NCBI RefSeq assembly: GCF_902652985.1
Contig: NC_047016.1
Coordinates: forward strand, 52,886,001-52,950,000
Source of the DNA: Pecten maximus
Taxonomy: Eukaryota
Length of the DNA stretch: 64,000 nt
Reading direction: 5' to 3'
Part shown: positions 54,901-64,000 of the stretch, piece by piece
Layout: every line of letters starts with the position of its first letter
How positions within the stretch are numbered: the first letter of the stretch is position 1
Notes under the pieces: model-generated
Told to the model about the DNA's origin: nothing
Database searches by the model: none
What the model saw: the letters and a program-made list of their open reading frames with translations, nothing else
Position numbers and translations under genes: made by a program

Positions 54901-56039
54901 TCTACAACAACTACCACTCCCTCCACTACAAGTACCACTCCTTCTACAACAACTACCACTCCCTCCACTACAAGTACCACTCCTTCTACAACAAGTACCA
55001 CTCCCTCCACTACAACTACCACTCCCTCCACTACAAGTACCACTCCTTCTACAACAAGTACCACTCCCTCCAGTACAAGTACCACTCCCTCCACTACAAG
55101 TACCACTCCCTCCACTACAACTACCACTCCCTCCACTACAAGTACCACTCCTTCTACAACAACTACCACTCCCTCCACTACAAGTACCACTCCTTCTACA
55201 ACAAGTACCACTCCCTCCACTACAAGTACCACTCCCTCCACTACAACTACCACTCCCTCCACTACAAGTACCACTCCCTCCACTACAACTACCACTCCCT
55301 CCACTACAACTACCACTCCCTCCACTACAACTACCACTCCCTCCACTACAAGTACCACTCCCTCCACTACAAGTACCACTCCCTCCACTACAAGTACCAC
55401 TCCTCCAATACAACTACCACTCCCTCCACTACAAGTACCACTCCCTCCACTACAAGTACCACTCCCTCCACTACAAGTACCACTCCCACCACTACAACTA
55501 CCACTCCCTCCACTACAACTACCACTCCCTCCACTACAACTACCACTCCCTCCACTACAACTACCACTCCCTCCACTACAAGTACCACTCCCTCCACTAC
55601 AAGTACCACTCCCTCCACTACAAGTACCACTCCCACCACTACAACTACCACTCCCTCCACTACAAGTACCACTCCCTCCACTACAACTACCACTCCCTCC
55701 ACTACAAGTACCACTCCCTCCACTACAACTACCACTCCCTCCACTACAAGTACCACTCCCTCCACTACAACTACCACTCCCTCCACTACAAGTACCACTC
55801 CCTCCACTACAATTACCACTCCCTCCACTACAAGTACCACTCCCTCCACTACAAGTACCACTCCCACCACTACAACTACCACTCCCTCCACTACAACTAC
55901 CACTCCTTCTACAACAACTACTCCTTCCTCTGCCGGCTGCGTATCCCTTTTCCCTAGTGTTCCTAATTCTTGGTGTGAATTGAATTGTAACCACTCACCG
56001 CCCAATTGTCCAGGATATTTGTGTCAATGTACAACCTAA
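45905..56039 (+). CDS. AA15 LPMO-derived gene lacking the histidine brace (LPMO-C), with three 6-Cys modules and mucin-like Ser/Thr stalks, ~1008 aa if two 1-nt indels are corrected; exons 45905-46078, 46386-46755, 53557-56039; either a non-catalytic protein or a pseudogene
   Basis: Same exon phases and near-identical exon 1/2 lengths as paralogues. Signal peptide, then NSRMFELLGR (vs HGRMLDPPGR), TSDSDG (vs TSNHEG) and QTKLYACS (vs QEEFYACS). A +1 T at ~54316 and a -1 C at ~55402 interrupt exon 3; AATAAA at 56214. Confidence 0.75.
46713..49240 (+). repeat. 58-bp minisatellite derived from the LPMO-C exon 2/intron 2 junction, ~43 copies
   Basis: Unit GTCACGTGTTCCTAGTGTGTCTTACAGTGGAGGTACCACACAG|GTAAGTGCTGTCAGA (starts at 47231 and 47289) = last 43 nt of exon 2 + first 15 nt of the intron. 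Confidence 0.97.
49930..51237 (+). mobile_element. 5'-truncated, decayed CR1/L2-type LINE (RT C-terminal half + 3' UTR) in LPMO-C intron 2
   Basis: KGVPPCSLLGPILFSIFKNDIFHF...LYIYPDDNT resembles GVPQGSxLGPxLF...YADD; terminal W.GP.C motif (~50858); AATAAA followed by a (TTGAA)n-like tail (~51202-51237). Confidence 0.8.
51527..53177. repeat. 21-bp minisatellite (GTGTGATATTACCATCAGAGG), ~78 copies, LPMO-C intron 2
   Basis: Direct inspection. Confidence 0.97.
53874..54120 (+). repeat. 33-bp coding repeat (TSPSSTRSSIT), ~7 copies, first stalk of LPMO-C
   Basis: ACCAGTCCATCCTCGACCCGGAGTAGCATCACT units. Confidence 0.9.
54420..55925 (+). repeat. 21-bp coding repeat (TPSTT[S/T]T), ~70 copies, mucin-like stalk of LPMO-C
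   Basis: ACTCCCTCCACTACAA(G/C)TACC units between the 2nd and 3rd Cys modules. Confidence 0.95.
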
Positions 56040-59000
56040 TATCGGTTTAGTCGAAATATGTGTCTCGTTGGACGTTTCGAGAGTTTGTTAGCACTTTCCA
56101 AGACTTTCTCTAGTACGGCAGAAATCGTTATATGCATACAACAAGACTATTATGCAACTATGAAGCAAAAACAAGTCTGAATCAAAATTATTTCGTTTTC
56201 AATGGTAATAGATAATAAAACAGGTAATCGTATTGTTTATCTATAATATGATTTGATACAAATTTTGATTTTCAGATTTGAGCATAATTAGAGATTAATA
56301 TTTTCAGTGATTTTTTTACCGGGTGAAGAGGGGCGGTTTTGTTTGAGTGCGTGTTTAATTCCCAACAAATATATGAGTGGTGTAGAGACACATTAAAATA
56401 AATATACACATCCTGATTGATTTAATATCTGATTATTTCCATGTAAACATAGCTACACTGCTACAAATATCCACATTGATGACATATAACGAGTAATTCA
56501 TTATCATATCTAATCAATACGCTAACCATCAAGCCAATCTATCAAATTAGGCAAAGAATGCTTTTAGTATTAACAGCGACTGTTGATGTTGTCGCACCTG
56601 TTGTCAATTTGGAAAGTAGTCATAAATGTTCTTATTATTATTGAAGGAGGTATTCGTGGAATTTTAGGTCACGACGTATACGTTTTAGCTTTCGAAAAGT
56701 TTTCTAACTATCTGAATGTAGAAAAGCATAATTTATCAAAAGCGAAAAATATGAAATTAACCAGAAAGCGTTTTTTAAGGAGCTACAGTAACAGAAGAGA
56801 AAACGTATAGAATCTACCGTCAGAACGATAACATTTCTAAGATAATATCCTGGATTGAAATCCCGTGACTTGATCTTGATCAAATCTAGTTACTACTTAT
56901 ACCTTTTAAGAACAGAAAAGATCCACTTTGAAGATTGTTATTATACAGATAGGGTAAGTTCAAATTAAAATTAACTCTTTATTCTATGCAATTGTTCTTT
57001 TTGAGTCCAACGTATAGGAACTATATCGGCTCATGTATACCTGTTAACTTAACTTACAGTTCCATTAATTTTGATTCATTTAAGCAATGGACAGCGGTTT
57101 TAATGTTGTTATTGTCGATATGGCAGGAAGATGTATGCTGGGCAAATGGCCCGTTAGGGTTCCCATGCTACATATGCCCACTATACATGTTGCTGCCATA
57201 TCGACTATAGCAACATTAAAACCATTGTTCAATACTTATATTTATATTGTCTTGCCATTTCCGTCAACTTTGAAAAAACTGAAAAAAAAAAAAAAAAAAA
57301 AAAATCTCGGCTTTTATATGTCACATGACCCGCTGGGTGTTATAGCCTGAGGCACTGGGTGTTATAGGCGTATGGTGGCAACTGCCTCTTAGCATTGTGT
57401 CAATGGGGAAATGCGGAGCAAATGTAAATATTGTAATATGAGGGGAAACCAGCATGGTTAAGGTAAATTGTCATTTCTTTCCCTAACGACTCGATCACTT
57501 GTGGCTAGCATGCTGGGTCTCTTACTACCACGCGTGTCCAGCGCGTGATCACCATTGCTACATTGCTGATTTCGTTAAATTTTTATAAAAATTCAAATGA
57601 GATTTTGATAACCCACCGTAATCGTTTCCATCCTATTTTCAGTGTTAATTTTCACAAAAAGTTTCTATGTCAAAAATGGATGTAAATGTATTCTTTTATT
57701 TTTTGCAAAGGGAAGACAGCCAGGAAGGTTTCTAGAGTTTGTTTCAGCGCTTTACGACTTTTATCTTTGGTTTTTAACCCGAAGCCAATAGTTTTCCCCC
57801 ATCTTTGCTTCTTTGTATTATTCAATATGGTTGTAATTTGAATTCGTTGATAAATACCATGTCAACACGTTCATATGTATCTGAATTTGAATTATCATGT
57901 AATTAAAAAAATGATCATTATATATTTTCTGGCTTCATGTTACCTTAAGGTACATGATTCTGTATTTAGATGTATTTCAGAACTCCGCCCATTGTCATAC
58001 TGCGATGCTAAAGTTGTGTATATTTATATGACCCCGCTTACTTTATTATCTAACTATTGTGATGATAGATTCTATTAGTGTCTTCGCTAACTCCCCCGTA
58101 ATTACCATGCATATGCATGTGTGGTCCTGCGTTTAGGGCTGCTCGTGATATATCCTTTTTAACATTTTATTCCTAAATGGCTTCATGATTAAATGCCATT
58201 ATTGCATATTCAAAGAGATAGTTCACATATAGGTCAGTTAATTGTATGCGACACATCTGTAGGAGTGTATGACGTCGTAATGTTTAATTGATTAAATGGA
58301 ACCTAACCGCAATTTACGTATAACTGCATGATGATGCCACAGGCTACTTTGTCAGTGTATGTAAAGAAGGACCTCGCTCCGGACAAACCCAGACTGCTTC
58401 TACTAACTAGAGGGTGAGAACAAGGTTTGTATCTGTAAAACATTTATTACAGTTATTCATAATGCATGATTTATTAAATACATATGATATATTTGTAATT
58501 GCAATTTGCCCTATCTTCTGCATGATAAGATATGCACAAACGATATTGACAAAATATTTTTCTCTTATTTAATTCTTAATTTTTATTGATATGTCTATTT
58601 TAGAGATAGCATCTTATATGATATATGCATTTCTCTCAAATTAAGATAATCGCTCATTTATTAGTATAAGTTTAGAGATATTACATTTTTATTCCTTAAA
58701 TAATTCACAATTATTACAAAATTTGATATCTATTATAGATATGTTTCTTTAAAATATATATATATAATTTAAATTACTCATCAATTAAAATGTTTATTTA
58801 AATATATATGTGACATTCTTCCAGTAATTTCATGGCAGTCCCTATTTCATTTGGGTTTAGAATGTATTAGACGATATCTAAATATGATATAGCTTTTTCC
58901 GAAAAAAATCTCACATGATTTATAATAAAAAGCCCATCAACATTATCCCGAATCGACGTTCATGGTTATTTCCCAAAATGAAATAAAGCACAGAAATACA

Positions 59001-59126
59001 TATTAAAAAAGAAGGCAATAAAACATTTGAAAACTGCTAGAGTAAATAGAAACTAGGACATACTGATCCATATGCACGCATTGATGAGATATCTCCTTAG
59101 ACGAATTAGTGTAAGATGTTTGGCAT

Positions 59127-59345
59127 CGGCGCGGTGGCCGAGTGGTTAAGGTGTCCCGACACTTTATCACTAGTCCTCCACCTCTGGGTTGCGAGTTCGA
59201 AACCTACGTGGGGCAGTTGCCTGGTACTGACCGTAGGCCGGTGGTTTTTCTCCGGGTACTCCGGCTTTCCTCCACCTCCAAAACCTGGCACGTCCTTAAA
59301 TGACCCTGGCTGTTAATAGGACGTTAAACAAAAACAAACAAAAAA
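59127..59345 (+). mobile_element. tRNA-derived SINE (same family) with a perfect 16-bp TSD
   Basis: A box TGGCCGAGTGG, B box GAGTTCGAAACC, core GGTTTTTCTCCGGGTACTCCGGCTTTCCTCCAC, A-rich tail; TSD GTAAGATGTTTGGCAT at 59111-59126 and 59346-59361. Confidence 0.95.
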
Positions 59346-59424
59346 GTAAGATGTTTGGCATGATAATAACAACGCTAAACATTAGTTATCTGTAGTATTT
59401 TGATTTAAACATATTTATTGCCCC

Positions 59425-59695
59425 AAAGTTTTCCAACTTATTAACGCCTTTTCCTCTAATATAATTCATGTAATAAGATTGACATAACATTCAACACGAC
59501 ATACAAATCATAATATACAATTAATATATTTTACTAAAACCTGTTGAGTTGAGCAGAGGATTAGGCACAAGTTTTCCAACTTATTAACGCATTTTCCTCT
59601 AGCACAATTCATATAATAATGTTTACATGATAACATTAAACGCGGCATACAAATTATAATATATGATTAAAATATTTTATTTAAAATCTGTTCCT
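59425..59695. repeat. Imperfect ~143-bp tandem duplication
   Basis: AAGTTTTCCAACTTATTAACGC..TTTCCTCTA occurs twice. Confidence 0.75.
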
Positions 59696-60528
59696 TGATT
59701 TGATGAAAATGATCTGTAATAGAAGATGGTCAACCGTAAGGATACGAAAAAATCTTTCAATTCATGTTGAATTATTAGTAATGCTTATAAATTTGAAACT
59801 ATGTATACATTTCATATTTGTTACACTTTGCAATATTAACAATATTCAGATATTCCAAAGGGACCCGTAGCGACCTTACCTTATATTCACTGTTTACATG
59901 CTACATGTTCACTACCGGTTCCTCTGGGATATTCCATGCTTAATGAAAGCAATGTCTGACAAGTCTGTTTTTAACATAACGACAGGATATTGTGTAGCTG
60001 TAGATTGTAATCACGTGCTTGTTTCATTAGAACCTTGCACGGGCTACTGTAAATGTTTCATTTTTTCTCTCTCCTCAAAATTTAAACATATCTATACATT
60101 AAACATGGCATAAGACACTTTAGACACGCATTCAACATATTCGTCCATTATCTTACTTTATCTGATACAAATCAAATCAATACCTGATAACAAATGTTTA
60201 CAACATCCACACAAAACATTAAAAGACAAAACAAGAACAAACATAGAAAAACATGGAGACTAATGTAAATCGTACACTATTAACATATTACAAAATGCAG
60301 TAAGGTTGTAGCAGCTCATGGGCAGATATTTCTGTACAAAAACCAAACTGAAAAAAATATCCTTTACCGATAAGATTTGACTATGTGTCAGTTTTAAAGT
60401 CAACACCATAACCTTATTTGGAAACATTATATTTCCTTATGCGACGTGTTTAGTATGTGTCGTTGTGGCTACGATGTCACCACATTATCTCTTATTTTAT
60501 ATATTGTCCCAATGTAATTAGGATTCGA

Positions 60529-60618
60529 CCTGTATTTTAGATCTTGACCCAATCTAATTAAGATTATACCTGTATTTTAGATCTTGACCCAATCTAATTA
60601 AGATTATACCTGTATTTT
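60529..60618. repeat. 40-bp tandem duplication
   Basis: CCTGTATTTTAGATCTTGACCCAATCTAATTAAGATTATA x2. Confidence 0.85.
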
Positions 60619-60868
60619 CCATTCTTCTGTAATGCTCTCCGATACCATGCAATACAATGTATTTGAGTGTGTCATAGAGAAGCAGAAATTAACAAGTCTA
60701 GTTTTAATTAGATTGGATCTTGATCCGGATTTGACCTATTATATGGAGGATGTCGTTGATGAAGTAAGGTATCTGTAAAAAAATTGATTCTGAGGGTTTA
60801 TTTTCTTTGTTCCTGAAAACAGCTCTTTGGCGTTTGATTTCAGATTGAGGCCAGTAAAACCGGTGAAC

Positions 60869-63800
60869 ATGATGCCACTCCGATTGTCACTCGCTTGTGC
60901 TATGTTGATGAATATCCTAACTGTCGTGCATGGCCACGGCCGAATGTTGGATCCTCCCGGCAGAAGCAGCATGTGGAGAGTTGGCTTTAATACACCTGTA
61001 AATTTCGATGACAACGGCCTCAACTGTGGATACCGAAAGGTAGTTCCTTCATTAAAAAGCTGTGATTGAGAATCAATCTCATTATGGGTTTATTTTGATG
61101 TTCGACTGTAATGTATTGGTTTGGCAAAGACAACCTTTCTTGATTTCCGTACCTGTCCTTCACACAATGTTTGATCTAGTATCACTGACGAATGCTGCAG
61201 GAAAGTTATGTATTCGTGTCCAAGTCAAAATCAAAATAAAGACCAGACTATTTCATCATACGGTTATCGACTGTGAAATAGAAAAAAAAAAAAAAAAAAA
61301 GTGGACAGACGCAATATATCAATTCAGTAAACAAAAATAAAAATACAAATCAAGCCAAAAATTAAACGCGCACCGCATTGGAAATTATATAGCCCCAATA
61401 TTTGTTTCATAACCGACTGTCTTCTAGGCGTTCATGATATGACGATATAGGTACAATAGTTTCCTGTTCGGTTTGTTGTTATTTCATATCAATATCACCA
61501 AACCGTGCCCCTCTGTTTGCTGTTTAATTAATTATGTTGTCGTACGAGGCTGATTATATTGAAGAGCTTATCAAAAAAGCAAGAGAGACTTTGTAAAGCA
61601 CTTCAATTTTAACTTTAGTTATCTTAACGTTTAAGTGTTACATTTGAATAAAAACATTGTTGGCCATGTTGATCCGGTATATCATGTAAAACCCGAAATC
61701 AAGGAAGTTCATTTTCTTAAACGAGTCACTTATCTGTATCTTTACATATAATAATCACCAACGCGAACAGCTTACAAATAAGTTTTATGGTAACCGTGAT
61801 TCTTTCAATTTTTCCATTGCTATTCAAAGGCTAAGAATGATGTCGTTTGATTAAGACCACAGCGAAGTTTTATTGTCGGACTCTTATTTAGAAATATTGT
61901 ATTGCCTTATGCGATATGAATTATAACATATTTGATATTGTTGATATTTGTAATAGTTCCGTTGTCATCTACGTAACTCTTATGTGAGTTTGTGACTCAG
62001 ATTTGTATAGTGGGTGTCGTGGTGACCTAGATTTGTATGGTGGGTGTCTTAGTGAACTAGATTTGTATGGTGGGTGTCGTAGTGAACTAGATTTATATAG
62101 TGGGTGTCGTAGTGACATGGATTTGTATAATTGGTGTCGTCTTGACCTAGATTTGTATGGTTTGTGTCGTAGTGACCTAGATTTGTATAGTGGGTGTCGT
62201 AGTGACCTAGATTTGCATGGTGGGTGTCGTAGTGACCTAGATTTGTATAGTGGGTGTCGTAGTGACCTAGATGTGTATGGTGGTGTCGTAGTGACCTAGA
62301 TTTGTATGGTTAGTGTCGTAGTGACCTAGATTTATTTAGTGGGTGTCGTAGTGACCTAGATTTGTATGGTGGGTGTCGTAGTGACATAGATTTGTATGGT
62401 GGGTGTCGTAGTGACCGAGATGTGTATGGTGGTGTCATAGTGACCTAGATTTGTATGGTGGTGTCGTAGTGACCTAGATTTGTATGGTTGGTGTCGTAGT
62501 GACCTAGATTTGTATGGTGGGTGTCGTAGTGACCTAGACTTGTGGCGTCGATGAAGCAGAATACGCTAGCTTCTTCCGTAACACCTGGCCGTGTTCTCCT
62601 TAAAAAATGAAATGTTTGTTGATAGTTAACCTTCGTTGGATTGCTTAAGACTTTGTATTATGGTTTTATTACCACGTCAGTATGATTTTTGGGGATGTAT
62701 TTCATTATCATGAGTGTCACTTTATATACATTGTGGCGATATAGCATTTCTAACAAAAATGTTTATATTTTGACTTATTTTAGCAACCTCTAGACTTCTT
62801 CGGTGGCAATTGTGGCGTATGTGGGGACCCATCAGGACAAAATCCGAAGGAGAACGAGGCTGGGGGAAAATATGCAACGGGGATCATCTCAAAGTATTAT
62901 AAAATGGGGGAGAACATCAATATAAAAATACATATAACCTCAAATAATGAAGGTTTTTTCGAGTTCCGCCTCTGTGAAAATAATGACGTTAAAAAAAGAA
63001 TAACAAAGAGCTGCTTGAAACATTTATTGGTTAATCCGGAGACGGGAGAGACAAGATACCCTGTTACAGCCTCTCAACAGTACATCGCTGTGTCTGCCAA
63101 GCTGCCCGAGAACGTCACGTGTTCCCAGTGTGTCTTACAGTGGAGGTACCACACAGGTAAGTGTTATCAGAGTCACGTGTTCCTAGTGTGTCTTACAGTG
63201 GAGATACCACACATGTAAGTGTTATCAGAGTCACGTGTCCCCCGTGTGTCTTACAGTGGAGATACCACACATGTAAGTGTTATCAGAGTCACGTGTTCCT
63301 AGTGTGTCTTACAGTGGAGATACCACACAGATAAGTGTTGTCAGTCACGTGTTCCCCGTGTGTTTTACAGTGGAGATACCACACAGGTAAGTGTTATCAG
63401 AGTCACGTGTTCTCAGTGTGTATTACAGTGGAGGTTCCACACAGATAAGTGTTATCAGTCACGTGTTCCCCGTGTGTATAAGAGCGAATGTTCCACACAG
63501 ATAAGTGTTATCAACACACATCATTTTATCATCAATATGGTATTTGACAGTAGATATATAAGAGAAGAATAGTAGCCACTGTAAAGACAAATGAAAGCAA
63601 AAAGTGAATTTATAATGAGTTTATTTTAGTGTTGCATGACTGGATTGTCAGTCATGGCATTATGTTGAACTTGATAAAATTTCGAATAAGATTAGCGTTC
63701 AGTTATGTTACAAGAAGCTTATGATTTTTGTCTTTCGTCTTTGTTCTCTCTTTTAAACGAAGAAAAAGTGATTGAACAAAATGTAGTTGTAACCTTTCAT

Positions 63801-64000
63801 AACTGATACGTGGTTTGCTTGATATCACAGGAAAAAATGGCGGGATCTGTAAAACATGTGTCGACCAGGAAGAGTTTTATGCGTGTTCGGATATAGCCAT
63901 CAAAGACAGTGATTCACCGATCACGGAGGAAGACTCCGGTATATCTCCCCTTATAGCAGATACGGCGTTCATCCCTGACTCTAACCCGCGATCTCCTGGA
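60869..64000 (+). CDS. AA15-type LPMO-like gene (LPMO-D) with His2->Asn; exons 60869-61039, 62784-63156, 63831->64000 (runs off the window)
   Basis: 22-aa signal peptide, HGRMLDPPGRSSMWRVGFNTPVNFDDNGLNCG, CGVCGDP, ENEAGGKY, TSNNEGFFEFRLC, TCSQCVLQWRY, ICKTCVDQEEFYACSDI; frame open to the window end. Confidence 0.92.
61993..62540. repeat. 30-bp minisatellite (GATTTGTATGGTGGGTGTCGTAGTGACCTA), ~18 copies, LPMO-D intron 1
   Basis: Direct inspection. Confidence 0.95.
63114..63513 (+). repeat. 58-bp exon/intron-junction minisatellite of LPMO-D, ~7 copies (same family as 46713-49240)
   Basis: GTCACGTG...CAGTGGAG(G/A)TACCACACA(G/T)(G/A)TAAGTGTTATCAGA units starting inside exon 2. Confidence 0.93.

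Noticed and set aside
54396-55400. His/Tyr-rich ORF (YHSLHYK)n fused to the third Cys module, resembling a metal-binding adhesive protein
   Set aside because: Alternative frame of the TPSTTST repeat, joined only by the -1 indel at ~55402; paralogue linkers support the Thr/Ser frame, and it has no signal peptide
54360-56005. Minus-strand (GGSGTCS)n and (VVEGVVL)n ORFs
   Set aside because: Antisense readings of the same coding repeat
62003-62299. 98-aa (DLDLYGGCRS)n ORF
   Set aside because: Translation of a 30-bp intronic minisatellite

Overview
AT-rich, intron-containing animal DNA, most likely a mollusc/bivalve (inferred from SINE, Helentron-like and LINE remnants and abundant minisatellites). 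It has two assembly gaps. From left to right it holds: (1) the last two coding exons (SH3 domain) of an FNBP1/FNBP1L/CIP4-family gene on +; (2) a 3-exon, ~450-aa uncharacterised gene on -; (3) a tandem cluster of four AA15-type lytic polysaccharide monooxygenase (LPMO) genes with the same 3-coding-exon layout, here called A (-) and B, C, D (+). Where complete, each has a signal peptide, an LPMO domain, a Ser/Thr linker and a 6-Cys C-terminal module. The main observation is graded loss of the copper histidine brace across the array. A and B keep His1/His2/Glu-x-Phe, D has His2->Asn, and C has lost all of them while gaining three 6-Cys modules and a ~500-aa mucin-like stalk. C and D also share a near-identical patch of exon 2 (apparent gene conversion) and a 58-bp minisatellite born from the exon-2/intron-2 junction, which puts ~40 splice donors in tandem in C. 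Most long ORFs in the supplied track are minisatellite artefacts. All gene models were spliced by hand and no searches were run.
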